From a bacterium (GTDB lineage: Bacteria; UBA8248): a DNA stretch of 64,000 nt. Position numbers and translations under genes: made by a program. The DNA is taken from assembly GCA_965213625.1 (NCBI GenBank), contig CBDBZU010000004.1, positions 288,001 through 352,000 on the forward strand. Reading direction: 5' to 3'. The notes below the pieces were generated by a model. It made no database searches and was not told the origin of the DNA. It worked only from the letters and a program-made list of their open reading frames with translations. Below, piece by piece: positions 49,189 to 59,992 of the stretch (positions within the stretch are counted from its first letter, which is position 1; the number at the start of each line of letters is the position of its first letter).

Positions 49189-51321
49189 CTAGCGTCGTCG
49201 TTTCGTCCGGCTCGTTTTCTTTCGCGTCATCACCAGCCGGCCCAGTGAATCCACCTCGGCGCGGAACGAGGGTGGGATGAGCACCGTGGAATCGGGTTGT
49301 TCGATGACCGCGGGGCCTTGAACCTGGTTTCCGCCTTTCAGCAGCTCCCGTTCATAGATGGGGCAGTCGATAGAGTTTCCGGTCTCCTGGAAATGCACCT
49401 TCCGCTCGCCCTTGAGCGCCGCTCTGGGGCTTCGGGAGCCTGAGGCGATTTTTTTCGGGCGAATCCGGTCCGTGAGGCCGATGGCCGAGACACGAAGGGT
49501 GACGGCCTGAACGCTTTCCGCCTCATCGCAATAGCTGTACTGGCGCAAGTGCGCATCGTGAAACGCCCTTTGCGCCTTCCCGAGCCACGAGGTGTTCACC
49601 TTTCCGCCGGGAAGCGGCACATTGATCTCATAGTTCTGAAGCGGGTAGCGCAGATCGGCCGAGCGCACGAGGGTGCGCTTCGTGCGGGGCGCCTTCTCGG
49701 CCTTGAGCCATTCGTCCGCCGCAGCTTCCAGGTCGGCCATGATAGAGGCGATTCGCTCCGCGTTCTCACCATCGAGGCTCAAGCGCGTCGTGGCCGTGAA
49801 GTCTGCTCTCATGTCCGCCCAAAGCAGGCCGAGTGCGGAGAAAACGCCCGGCGCCTCGGGGATGATGATGCGCGGAACCCCGAGTTCGTTCGCCAGATCG
49901 GCCGCGTGCAGGGGTCCCGCGCCGCCGAAACCGATGAGCGCGAAATCGCGTGGGTCATATCCCCTGGCGACCGAGACCACGCGCAGGGTGCGAACCATGT
50001 GCGCGTTCACGACTTCGATGATCCCGGCGGCGGCCTCCATGGTGGATAGACCGAGTGGCCCGGCTATCTTCTCCTCGATGGCATTTTCCGCATATTCCAG
50101 GTTGAGGCGAGATGCTCCCCCGACGAAATAATCCGGGTTCAGGCGGCCCAGGACAAGGTTCGCGTCCGTGACGGTGGGCTCCTCGCCCCCGCGCCCGTAG
50201 CAGACCGGGCCGGGTTCCGATCCCGCGCTGTGGGGGCCGACTTTCAGAACGCCCACGCCGTCCACCGAGGCGATGGAACCGCCGCCCGCGCCGCATTCGG
50301 TCAGGTCGATGACGGGCGTCTTTACCGGATACCCCGTGAAGCGGACCGCCAGGGACTGGTGCATGCCCATCCCGATCTCGTATTCCGTGGTGGTCTTGTA
50401 CGCGCCGCCTTCGATGAGGCTCGCCTTGGCCGTGGTGCCTCCCATGTCGAAAGAGATAACGTCGGGTTCTTCGAGTTCTCTCGCGAGAACGGCCGCGGCG
50501 ATGACGCCCGCCGCGGGACCCGATTCGATGAGCGTGTGGGGGCGTTCGCGCGCCGAAGCGGGCGACATCAGCCCGCCGGCGGAGTTCATAATGAGGAGCT
50601 TTTCGGGACGGTGGCCGAGCCTGGATACTTCATCGTGCAGCTTTTCCGTGTAATTCGCAAAAATGGGCTTCAGGTAGCCGACGAGCGCGGTCGTACTGGT
50701 GCGTTCGAACTCGCGGAATTCGGGCGTGATGTCAGAAGATGCGACGATGTGGCGGCCCGGTAGCGCGCGAACGAGGTGTTCTTTCACTCGCTGCTCGTGA
50801 GCGGGGTTCACATGGGAAAAGAGCAGCGCGATCACCACCGATTCGGCGCCCGAAGCGTCGAGCACATCCGCGAGCCGGTCGAGTTCCGCTTTCGTGAGTT
50901 TGGCGACGACTTCGCCGTTCCACGCAAGCCGCTCGTTCACCTCGAAACATAGCCGCCGGGGGATGAGGGGCTTGGCCTTCACTTCCTGTAAGTTGTACAG
51001 GCTCGGCCTGCGCTGGCGGGCGATCTCGAGGATGTCCCGGAACCCCTTAGTTGCCACCAGGGCGGTGCGCGCGCCTTTTGATTCCAGGACGGTGTTGGTG
51101 GCCACGGTGGTGGCGTGGAGGATGCGCCCCACCTCTTCGGGCGATATCCCCTGGGTCGCTCTCACGAGACCGCTGACGAAACAACCCTCCAGATTCACCG
51201 GCGTGGTATCCACCTTGTAGGAGGCGATGAGTCCCTCTTGCTCTCCCATGAGGACGACGTCGGTGAACGTGCCGCCGATGTCGACCCCGACGCGGTATTT
51301 TTCTTTCTTTCCAGAAGCCAT
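49189..51321 (-). CDS. Hydantoinase/oxoprolinase subunit A (HyuA-like)
   Basis: GVDIGGTFTD, HATTVATN, ESGPAAGV, DMGGTT, SAGSEPGPVCYG and FGGAGPLH. Confidence 0.9.
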   Translation of the reverse strand: MASGKKEKYRVGVDIGGTFTDVVLMGEQEGLIASYKVDTTPVNLEGCFVSGLVRATQGISPEEVGRILHATTVATNTVLESKGARTALVATKGFRDILEIARQRRPSLYNLQEVKAKPLIPRRLCFEVNERLAWNGEVVAKLTKAELDRLADVLDASGAESVVIALLFSHVNPAHEQRVKEHLVRALPGRHIVASSDITPEFREFERTSTTALVGYLKPIFANYTEKLHDEVSRLGHRPEKLLIMNSAGGLMSPASARERPHTLIESGPAAGVIAAAVLARELEEPDVISFDMGGTTAKASLIEGGAYKTTTEYEIGMGMHQSLAVRFTGYPVKTPVIDLTECGAGGGSIASVDGVGVLKVGPHSAGSEPGPVCYGRGGEEPTVTDANLVLGRLNPDYFVGGASRLNLEYAENAIEEKIAGPLGLSTMEAAAGIIEVVNAHMVRTLRVVSVARGYDPRDFALIGFGGAGPLHAADLANELGVPRIIIPEAPGVFSALGLLWADMRADFTATTRLSLDGENAERIASIMADLEAAADEWLKAEKAPRTKRTLVRSADLRYPLQNYEINVPLPGGKVNTSWLGKAQRAFHDAHLRQYSYCDEAESVQAVTLRVSAIGLTDRIRPKKIASGSRSPRAALKGERKVHFQETGNSIDCPIYERELLKGGNQVQGPAVIEQPDSTVLIPPSFRAEVDSLGRLVMTRKKTSRTKRRR

Positions 51322-51323
51322 GG

Positions 51324-53108
51324 CTAGAGCGTCCCCTTGCGTTTCAGCGCTTCATTCACCAGGGCCGCCGGGTAGGACGCTTTGGCGTATTCGAGCGAGA
51401 TTTTCCCGTCCGCGAGGTCGGTCGCCAAATCATCTGCGGAATGCTTGGCGGGGTCGCCGTATCCACCGGCCCCGGCCGACTGGCACCTGAGTACCTCGCC
51501 CTTTCTGAATTCATGGGGGCCTCCCTTGCTCGGCAGCTTCTCCTCACCGGGCTCCCCGGGATTTTTCAGATGGACTCCCCTCGCCCCCTCTTTACCGCCG
51601 TAAAGCGGCCAGGGAGAAAAGTCGTGCCTGTCGGCATGGGCGATGAAGCCCGTGTCGCTCAGCATCAGGAAATCCTTGCGCGTGGCGAGCCCGCCCCGGC
51701 GGCGTCCCGCGCCGCCGCTGTCGGGCACGAGTTCGAAGCGCTCCACCCGGATGGGGTATTCACTCTCCAGAATCTCGACGGGCAGGTTCGGTATGTTGTT
51801 CGTGTGTATCTGTACGGCGTCCATGCCGTTGCTGGTGTCGCGACCGCCCATGCCGCCGCCGATGCCGTCGATGCAGATGAACGGCCTCCCCCGTATGGCG
51901 TCGAAACCGTGGATGTTGATGGAGGTGGTGCCGTGCCCGCAGGCGCACACGCGCTCCAGCGCCACCTTCGACATGACGCCAATGAGCAAGTCGGCCAGCC
52001 GCTGGCAGGTGGTGCCGCGACCGCCAACGGGCGCGGGCGGATTCGGGTTCACGATGCTCTCCTCGGGCGCGACCAGCCTCACCACGCGCTCGAAAGCAGC
52101 GTTCGACCACAGTTCGGGGTCGATGGTCGCTTTGAGCGCGTAGGCGACGGTAGCGAACAGCGCTTCGTATACGACGTTCACGCCGCCCGTCCGCTGCCGG
52201 CTCGACCCCGTGAAATCGAAAACCATGTGAGGCTCCGGGCGATGCGAGATGATGAGCGTCACCTTGAGCGGGACCGGGCCGGGCACGTGGGCGTCGTCGT
52301 CGAGCTGGTCCTCGAAGTCCCATTTCCCCTCGGGCAGTTCCTTTATCTTCGAGCGAATCGTGCGCTCGTTGTAGTCGAGCACGCCTTCCACGAGTTCGAG
52401 AAAGCGCTCGGCGCCGTATTTCTCGCTCAGTTCCTGAAGACGCCGGACGCCGAGCTGGTTGCATGCAGCCTGCGCGCGCAGGTCGGCCGGCCTGTCTTCT
52501 GAAAAGCGCATGTTCAAGAGGATGAATGAGAAGAGGTCTTCCTGCAGTTCGCCCTCTTTGAAAATCTTCATGGGCGGTATCCGCAGGCCTTCCTGGTATA
52601 TCTCGTTGCAGCCCTCGGTCATCGCGGCCCCCGGCTTGATGCCGCCCACGTCCGGCCAGTGGCCCATGTTGGCGACGAAGCCGATGAGCCTTTTGCCGTC
52701 GAACACCGGAGAGGCCACCGTGACGTCGGCGAGGTGGGTTCCGCCGCCGTGGTAGGCGTCGTTCGCGAGAAAGGCGTCGCCGGGCTTCAGATCCTCGAGC
52801 GGGTAGCGCTTCAGGATGTTGCGGATGATGCTCAGCATCGCGCCCAGGTGCATGGGGATGTGCTCGGCCTGGGCGATGAGGCGGCCTTCCGCGTCGAATA
52901 TGGCCGTCGAGGCGTCCTGGCGTTCTTTAATGTTCGTAGAATAGGCCGTGCGGATGAGCGCAGCGCCCATCTCCTCGGCGACCGAGAGCAGGGCGTTCGA
53001 GAAGACCTCGAGCGCGACCGGATCGGTTATCGCCGAAGCGCGCCGCTTCGTGGTTTTTCGGCGCGAGGCCGCTTTTTTCGAACCCGCTTTCGTACGTACG
53101 TCCGGCAT
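51324..53108 (-). CDS. Hydantoinase B/oxoprolinase subunit (HyuB-like)
   Basis: RTAYSTNIKE..D.S, HIPMHLG, NDAYHGGGTHLAD, HWPDVGG and PDSGGAG. Start ATG 53108. Confidence 0.9.
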   Translation of the reverse strand: MPDVRTKAGSKKAASRRKTTKRRASAITDPVALEVFSNALLSVAEEMGAALIRTAYSTNIKERQDASTAIFDAEGRLIAQAEHIPMHLGAMLSIIRNILKRYPLEDLKPGDAFLANDAYHGGGTHLADVTVASPVFDGKRLIGFVANMGHWPDVGGIKPGAAMTEGCNEIYQEGLRIPPMKIFKEGELQEDLFSFILLNMRFSEDRPADLRAQAACNQLGVRRLQELSEKYGAERFLELVEGVLDYNERTIRSKIKELPEGKWDFEDQLDDDAHVPGPVPLKVTLIISHRPEPHMVFDFTGSSRQRTGGVNVVYEALFATVAYALKATIDPELWSNAAFERVVRLVAPEESIVNPNPPAPVGGRGTTCQRLADLLIGVMSKVALERVCACGHGTTSINIHGFDAIRGRPFICIDGIGGGMGGRDTSNGMDAVQIHTNNIPNLPVEILESEYPIRVERFELVPDSGGAGRRRGGLATRKDFLMLSDTGFIAHADRHDFSPWPLYGGKEGARGVHLKNPGEPGEEKLPSKGGPHEFRKGEVLRCQSAGAGGYGDPAKHSADDLATDLADGKISLEYAKASYPAALVNEALKRKGTL

Positions 53109-53289
53109 GAAAATATCTCTCCTTCGCTTTGGTGTACGGAAAGGGCGGAAAACACGCCCCCTCATTCCGCGATACGGGGAATTTGAGTGCAAGTTTTACA
53201 TGAGTTTCCCGCTTTTTGGTAAAGGTGTTGGCGGATCGACTCAACCCCGCATGCGTGGGGCAATCGCGAGGAGGAATTGTCCTTTACAC

Positions 53290-53597
53290 CCCTCCCCCCC
53301 CGACAAGGGGCTGTTGAAAACCCCGTTTCGGAAACAGCCGGCATGGAGATTCACGTGGCGTGGGCGAGCGCGATGGTTTGTAGGGACAACCCTCCGTGGT
53401 TGTCCTGCCTTCCGTGGTTATCTTTTACCAGGACAGGCACGGAGGCCTGTCCCTACGGTGAACAATTCGATAATTGGAATTCCCTCCTCACTTGAGGGTT
53501 TTTCAACAACCCTGACAAGGGGGGACAGGGGGGTTGCCTTTCCCGTCGAGAGGGGCGACCCCTCCACCCCCTGAAAAAGGGACTGTTTCAACAGCCC
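53290..53597. repeat. Composite MITE/REP cluster, same family as 10638-10948, containing a GTAG-type REP pair
   Basis: GGGCTGTTGAAAA...TTTTTCAACAACCC ends enclose GTAGGGACAACC...GTCCCTAC. GACAAGGGGGG..GGGGGGTTG matches the reverse complement of 10733-10756. Confidence 0.7.
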
Positions 53598-53727
53598 TTC
53601 TATACTTCGATTCCTTGGTGCGGTTCTCCCGGCGTTGGTGGTACTGTGGCTATTCATTGCGAGAAGCCGGGCCACTAAAATGCCGCTCGAAGTTCCCGGA
53701 TACGGCTGAGCCATTGCTCCATGGAGG

Positions 53728-55779
53728 ATGCATCGGTTGTTTACGTTAGGCGTCGACATCGGTGGAACGTTCACCGACCTCGTGGCGGTCGATCACGGGC
53801 GCGGGGAGGTGCGGACGGGCAAGATCCCCTCGGTTTCGGATGAACCCGCAGGGGCCATTATGGCGTGCCTCCGTGACCTCGGGCTCGAAGATGAGGAACT
53901 GGACCGGATAATTCATGGAACCACCGTCGCCACCAATGCGCTCCTGGAGCGGCGCGGCGCCGTTACGGCGCTGGTGACAACGCGCGGGTTCCGGGATGTG
54001 GTCGAAATCGGTAGGTGCCGTCGGCTGGTCGAGGGCGGCATGTTCAACATCGGGTTCCGCCGCCTGCCGCCTCTGGTCCCTCGAAACCTTCGAGAGGAAG
54101 TTGACGAGCGCGTCCGGGCGAACGGGAGCGTCGAAGCCTCGCCCCGGCCGGAAGAGTTCCAGAGAGTCGTGGAGAATTTGAGACGGGAGGGGGTCGAAGC
54201 GGTGGCGGTATGCTTCCTCCATTCCTACGAGAATCCGGGTCACGAGGAAGCGGTCGGGCAGTGGTTGCGAGACCAGTTGGGACCTGAGGTCTACGTCTCT
54301 CTCTCAAGCTCCGTGAACCCCCAGTACCGCGAGTTCGAGCGGTTCTCCACGACTGTAGTGAACGCCTATGTCGGTCCGGCGGTGGGGCGATATCTCTCGA
54401 AACTCAGAAACGGCGAAATCGGGAAGCTGAATACCCGGAGAATTTACGTCATGGGCTCGACCGGCGGCGTGATGGATATCGACACGGCGGAGGCCTTCCC
54501 TGTACGTACCATCTTATCGGGCCCTGCCGGCGGGGTCACCGCGGGGCGTTTCATCTCTGAAGAACTCGATCTCCCGAACCTCATCACCTGCGATATGGGC
54601 GGGACGAGCGCGGACGTCGCACTCCTCCTCGGGGACCGGATTCTTTACGCCGGAGATGCCGTTATCTCGGGGGTGCCCATCCGCGCCGCCCAGCTCGAAA
54701 TTAAAACCGTCGGTGCGGGAGCAGGGAGCATCGTGTGGGTCGATGTCGACGGGGCGCTTTGCGTGGGCCCCAGGAGCGCGGGCTCCTCTCCGGGTCCCGC
54801 CTGTTACGGGTTCGGGGGCGTGGAGCCCACCGTCACCGACGCGAACGTCATCCTGAACCGGATCGGGGACGGCGCCCTTCTCGGCGGAAAAATACGGGTG
54901 GACGCCTCGTTGGCGCGAGAGGCGATGGCCCCGTTGCAGAGAAGGCTTGAATTTCGCTCGCCCGAGGAGCTGGCCGAAGGGTCATTGAAAATCCTCGTGG
55001 CCCGGACGGTCCGACTTATCCGCGAGATTTCGCTCGAACGGGGATTCGACCCGCGCGAATTCGCTTTCGTGGCCTTCGGCGGGGCGGGGCCCATGCACGC
55101 CACGGCCATCGCGGATGAACTCGACATCGAAACGGTTGTGGTACCGAGTCACCCGGGTAATTTTTCCGCCATGGGGCTCGTGATGGCGAAGATGCGCCGG
55201 GATGCGACCGCCACCTATCTCGCCCGCTCCTCCACCTTCGATTTGGCGGACTTGCGCGAACGGCTCACAGGTATGGCCGAGGGGGTCGAGGACCGCCTCC
55301 GGGCAGACGGCGTCAGGAAAGATAGCATCTCCTTGTCGTGTTTCCTGGAGATGCGCTGTCTCGGGCAGGCTCATGAGATTCCCGTTCCCTTAGGGTCGTC
55401 TCCAAGCCAAGTGGATTTGCCGGCTATAGAAGACGCCTTCCAGAAGATTTACGCCGAACGCTACGGCCGCAACCCGGATCCCGCGACCGAATGGGAGGTG
55501 ATCTCGATCAGGATTATCGGTGAGGGAGAGGTCCAGGCGTATCCGGCGAACACCTGGCGGGCAAAGCCCGGTGGCGGCGAGGGTCCCGGGGAGGTCCGGA
55601 AAGTCTGGTTCGAGGGGGAGTGGCGCGAAACTTGCGTATATGATCGAAACGAGGTCGGGACCGGGAAGAGCGTGGAAGGTCCCGCCATTATGGAAGAGAG
55701 CGGAGCCACGACGGTGATTCCACCGGGGTGGCGCGCCACTGTCCACGCGAGCGGGCATCTGTTGCTTCGGCGCCGGTAG
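53728..55779 (+). CDS. Hydantoinase/oxoprolinase subunit A (second paralog)
   Basis: GVDIGGTFTD, HGTTVATN, LSGPAGGV, DMGGTS and FGGAGPMH. Confidence 0.9.
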   Translation: MHRLFTLGVDIGGTFTDLVAVDHGRGEVRTGKIPSVSDEPAGAIMACLRDLGLEDEELDRIIHGTTVATNALLERRGAVTALVTTRGFRDVVEIGRCRRLVEGGMFNIGFRRLPPLVPRNLREEVDERVRANGSVEASPRPEEFQRVVENLRREGVEAVAVCFLHSYENPGHEEAVGQWLRDQLGPEVYVSLSSSVNPQYREFERFSTTVVNAYVGPAVGRYLSKLRNGEIGKLNTRRIYVMGSTGGVMDIDTAEAFPVRTILSGPAGGVTAGRFISEELDLPNLITCDMGGTSADVALLLGDRILYAGDAVISGVPIRAAQLEIKTVGAGAGSIVWVDVDGALCVGPRSAGSSPGPACYGFGGVEPTVTDANVILNRIGDGALLGGKIRVDASLAREAMAPLQRRLEFRSPEELAEGSLKILVARTVRLIREISLERGFDPREFAFVAFGGAGPMHATAIADELDIETVVVPSHPGNFSAMGLVMAKMRRDATATYLARSSTFDLADLRERLTGMAEGVEDRLRADGVRKDSISLSCFLEMRCLGQAHEIPVPLGSSPSQVDLPAIEDAFQKIYAERYGRNPDPATEWEVISIRIIGEGEVQAYPANTWRAKPGGGEGPGEVRKVWFEGEWRETCVYDRNEVGTGKSVEGPAIMEESGATTVIPPGWRATVHASGHLLLRRR

Positions 55780-55796
55780 GACGGGCAAAGACGAGA

Positions 55797-56050
55797 TTCA
55801 TTCCCCCCTTGAGGGGTCGGGCATCCCGAGGGGAATGCCCGATGGAAAAGCTCTCCTGACCTCATCCTGAGTAGCGGTGAAGCCGCGTATCGAAGGATGC
55901 CCTCTCGCCCGGCGCGAGGCGTTCGACTCCCCTCGCCCTTCGATACGCCGCCTTCGGCGGCTACTCAGGGTGAGGAAAGAGGCGTTGGCGGTTTGCGTGA
56001 TTTGAACGCGACTGGGGAGGGGCCGTAGGGACAGGCCTCCGTGCCTGTCC
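55797..56050. repeat. Intergenic REP-like palindrome cluster
   Basis: CCTCATCCTGAGTAGC..GCGTATCGAAGG pairs with CCTTCGATACGC..GCTACTCAGGGTGAGG. GTAGGGACAGGCCTCCGTGCCTGTCC (56025-56050) is the exact reverse complement of 53431-53456. Confidence 0.75.
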
Positions 56051-56156
56051 GAGGTCGCTCTCGATGGAGGGTCAACAGCCCCTCATGAAACGATATCGAG
56101 GCTCGCCGAAAACTTATCCCGGGCTTGCGGCCTGCGATGAATAAAGAGGTGGAGAG

Positions 56157-57445
56157 ATGACTTCAGATAAGGGAGCGGACTTCCTCAAAAGGGCCCGCGA
56201 CAGCCTCCCGGGCGGCTGGCTCGGGGACCTGACGCTTCCCGATGAGATGATGCTCATCGCCTCTCGCGGAGAGGGGAGCCGCCTTTATGACGTGGATGGG
56301 CGTGGTTTCCTCGATTTCACGATGGGCGGGGGCTCCCTGATTCTGGGCCACGCCCATCCGTCCATCCTCGAGGCGGTTCGAAGGCAGATGGAACTCGGCT
56401 CGACTTACTATACGCTGAGCGATCGCTCCATCGAATTGGCCGAGGAAATGGTCAAGGCGATTCCCTGCGCGGAACTGGTGCGTTTCGCCTCAACGGGCGG
56501 GGAGGCCACGTTCTACGCGCTGCGGCTGGCGCGCGCCTTCACCGGCAAGGAGAAAATCCTGAAATTCGAAGGGAGCTACATCGGCCACAGCGACTACGGT
56601 ATGGTGAGCGTTTCCCCGCCGCGCCCGAACATATATCCGTCCCACCACCCGGATTCGGCCGGCGTTCCATCCGCGGTTCAGGAACTGGTGATCACGGCTC
56701 CCTTCAATAATGCCGATATCGCCTGCGGGCTGGTGGAAGAGTACGCCGGGGAACTTGCCGCCGTAATCGTCGAGCCCGTTCAGCGGTCGATTCCCCCGGC
56801 CCCGGGATTTTTGGAGCAACTCCGCCAGGTGACGACCGAGCGCGGGGTGTTGCTCGTATATGACGAGGTGGTGACCGGGTTCCGGCTGGCCTACGGAGGG
56901 GCGCAGGAGTATTTCGGCGTCGTTCCCGATCTGGCGGCTTACGGAAAAGCGGTCGCGTGCGGGTTTCCCTTGTCGGCGGTGGCGGGAGAGCGGATGTGAT
57001 GGAACTGGCGGACCCCGCCCGCAAGGGGGAGCCGGAGTACGTCTACGTGAGCGGCACGCTCTCGGGTAATCCGATGTGCGCCGCCGCGGCGCTCGCCACC
57101 TTGAAAGAATTGTCCCGGCCCGGCGTCTACGACGGCTTACGCGACATGGGGGAGCGATACCGGAGGGAACTGGCGGCGATATTCGACGAACACGGGGTTC
57201 CGGCCCAGGTGCAAGGCATCGGGCCCTTTTTCCAGGTCTTTTTCACGCCGAATCCGGTCACGGACTATCGGGGCCAGACGCAGGCCGACCGGAAGCGGTT
57301 CGAATCGTTCGTACGAAAAATGTTCGCGCAAGGTATTTTCATGAGCCGCAGGGCCAAGAACTATCTTTCCACGGTCCACGACGAATCGGACTTAAAAGAA
57401 TTCCTCGAAGCGGCGCGAACCGTATGCGCCGGAGGCATCGACTGA
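56157..57445 (+). pseudogene. Class III aminotransferase (glutamate-1-semialdehyde aminomutase-like), split by a 1-bp deletion near 56985
   Basis: GSRLYDVDG, ILGHAHP, KFEGSYIG, AVIVEP, DEVVTGFR, AYGKAVACGFP / SGTLSGNP. One extra G in GCGGGAGAG restores AVAGRADVME. Confidence 0.8.
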
Positions 57446-57447
57446 CC

Positions 57448-59508
57448 ATGGACGAGAGCCGGAAGTTTCAGGAGAGCGGCTCGGCGGACGCCGTCACGAT
57501 CTCGGTCATTCAGGAACTCCTCATCTCCGTGGTCCGCGAGATGCGGGTTACTTTTTCGAGAAGCGCGTTCTCGTCGATCATCAACGAAGGACACGATTTT
57601 TCCTGCGCGCTTCTTTCGCCGGAGGGAGACCTGGTCGCCCAGTCCGAAGATCATCCAGGCCACATCTTCCCGATCTCCTACGCCGCCGGAGCGGTTTTCG
57701 AGCGCTACGCAGGCGATATTCATCCGGGCGACGTTTTTCTCCTGAACGACCCCTATATCTGCGGAACCCATATGAATGACATGGCGATGTTCTGCCCCCG
57801 GTTTCATGAGGGGCGCGCGCTTGCCTTCCCGGCGCTTCGCGCTCATTGGGGGGATGTCGGCGGCTCCGTGGCCGGCAGTCTTTCGGGCGACGCCTCCCAC
57901 ATCTTCATGGAGGGCATGATCGTCCCGCCCATCCGGCTCTATTCACGGGGTGAACTGAACCAGGAATGCCTGGAAATCGTTCTCCGCAACATGCGGGGCA
58001 GGGAGGACAGGCATGGCGACCTGATGGCCATGCTCGGCACCTGCCAGTTGGCGCAGCGTCGCCTGGACGAGATCGAGGAGCGATACGGACGCGAATCCTT
58101 CCAGGCGGTGAACGACAGCCTCCTCGCCCGGGCGGAGAAACGGATGCGGGCGGCCATCAGCGCGCTTCCAGGCGGAACGTTTCACTTCGAGAACTACATC
58201 GACAACAGCGGCACGGGCGCCGAGCCGCTCCGGATATCGCTTCGCCTCCAGATTCAGGAAGATCAAATCCACTGTGATTTCGGCGGGACATCCGGGCAGG
58301 TGAAAGGGCCGACGAACGCGGGGCCGGCCACGGTGGCCACCTCCTGCTTCATGGTGCTGAAATCGCTCCTCGATCCCGCTTTAAGCGTGAACGCGGGCTG
58401 TTTCCGCCCCCTCACGATGGAAGCGCCTAAAGGGTCCATTCTCAATGCCGGGTTTCCTGCTCCTTTCGGCGGCGCTTCCGATGTGCGGCGCACGATAGAA
58501 TCGTGCGTTCTGGGCGCTGCGGTCCAGGCGATGCCCGACCTTTCGGTGGGCGACACCAAAGGGGCGGCCAACCATTGCTACATCGCCGGAAGCCAACCGG
58601 ACTCGGGCGAGACCTTCCTTTACTATGAATATCCGGCGGGGGGCACGGGCGCTCTCGCGGGAAGCGATGGAGACCACGCCATCAGAACCTACACCGAAGG
58701 AGATTTTAACGCCGTCCAGCCGATAGAAAGCCTGGAAGCGACGCTTCCCCTCCTCGTGGAGGAGAGCGGCCTCAGGACTCGCTCCTGCGGTCACGGGGAG
58801 TGGCGCGGCGGTCTGGGCATGGAGCGGAGGGTCCGCCTGGAGGCCGGTGGCGCGGGTCTCACCGTTTTGACGGACCGCGTGATCATTCCTCCTTACGGGG
58901 TGGACGGCGGGACCTCGGGCGGAGGAAACCGGTTCACGGTGCACCGGGAAGGTTCGGAGCTGGAGCCTTCCGGCGTGCCGGGAAAGGCCACGGCCTTTCC
59001 GCTCAGAGGAGGTGACGCCGTCGTACTGCGCTCCGCCGGTGGAGGCGGCTGGGGAGATCCGCTCGTCCGCGCGCCCGAGTCGGTGCTGGCTGACCTCCGG
59101 CAGGGATACATCAGTGAGGAAGATGCGCGGGAAGTCTATGGCGTGGTCATAAAGGGCGGGGTGACCGATGCGGCCGCGACATCCTCTGCGCGAGACCGGC
59201 TCAGAAAAGCCAGGGTTTATCTCAACGTCCGCGAGAGCGGGGAAGACGCCTACAGCGGCGCTCGGCGAATTTGCATGATGTCTCCTGAAACTGCGGGGGA
59301 ATACGGATTTTCAGAGGGGATGCTCGTCGAGTACGTTCCGGTGCGGGGAGCGCCGCTCAGAGCCTGGGTGAAGATTACGCCGGGGCTGGAAACGGGGGAG
59401 ACTTCCCTCGGACCCGTCGCGGCGAGCATTCTGAAACTACGGGATAAAGAGCGAATTTGGCTCCGCCCGATTGCGACGCCCTATTCGCATCCCCCGTTGG
59501 CCTCTTGA
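57448..59508 (+). CDS. Hydantoinase B/oxoprolinase subunit with a C-terminal extension of about 100 aa
   Basis: RSAFSSIINEGHDFSC, LNDPYICGTHMND, HWGDVGG, GHGEWRGGLG and AGGGGWGDP. Start ATG 57448. Confidence 0.9.
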   Translation: MDESRKFQESGSADAVTISVIQELLISVVREMRVTFSRSAFSSIINEGHDFSCALLSPEGDLVAQSEDHPGHIFPISYAAGAVFERYAGDIHPGDVFLLNDPYICGTHMNDMAMFCPRFHEGRALAFPALRAHWGDVGGSVAGSLSGDASHIFMEGMIVPPIRLYSRGELNQECLEIVLRNMRGREDRHGDLMAMLGTCQLAQRRLDEIEERYGRESFQAVNDSLLARAEKRMRAAISALPGGTFHFENYIDNSGTGAEPLRISLRLQIQEDQIHCDFGGTSGQVKGPTNAGPATVATSCFMVLKSLLDPALSVNAGCFRPLTMEAPKGSILNAGFPAPFGGASDVRRTIESCVLGAAVQAMPDLSVGDTKGAANHCYIAGSQPDSGETFLYYEYPAGGTGALAGSDGDHAIRTYTEGDFNAVQPIESLEATLPLLVEESGLRTRSCGHGEWRGGLGMERRVRLEAGGAGLTVLTDRVIIPPYGVDGGTSGGGNRFTVHREGSELEPSGVPGKATAFPLRGGDAVVLRSAGGGGWGDPLVRAPESVLADLRQGYISEEDAREVYGVVIKGGVTDAAATSSARDRLRKARVYLNVRESGEDAYSGARRICMMSPETAGEYGFSEGMLVEYVPVRGAPLRAWVKITPGLETGETSLGPVAASILKLRDKERIWLRPIATPYSHPPLAS

Positions 59509-59992
59509 GCGCGGAGCTCCAACCATCTCATCATCGCTATCTCCCGCGGCGGGATGCACGCCTTTCTGCGCAGTGCGATGCGCCTGCTCACAGAAGATCT
59601 TCGTTACACTGCCGAATCTATCTTCAATCCGATCCGGGTGGTTGTCGAAACGCCCGAGGTAAGCCCGGCGCATTCGAGGGGCCGGGCGGAATATCTGTCC
59701 GGGTATAACTATTCGCCGGATGATGCAAGGCCATCGCTTCCCGGCATCTGCCCGCTAGGCTTCTCGCCTCGGAACCGGGCATCGAGGTTGGCCGGCACGG
59801 GCGAGCGCGTCGCAATGAATGCCTCCTTGCAAACCGGCGCGCAAAAAATTCTTGACACGAGACGCCGGATTTCATACACAAATTTCATGGGGCGCGGTGG
59901 AATGAGCACTCCACTGTCGCGCAGTGTGTTACTGATCACGTACATGCCATATCCACCCACGGCCGCGTCAGTGGCGAAAGGGGTATACGGTC

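Noticed and set aside
56157-57445. Calling the aminotransferase hemL
   Set aside because: The context is catabolic and the motifs are divergent, so only family-level assignment is supportable.
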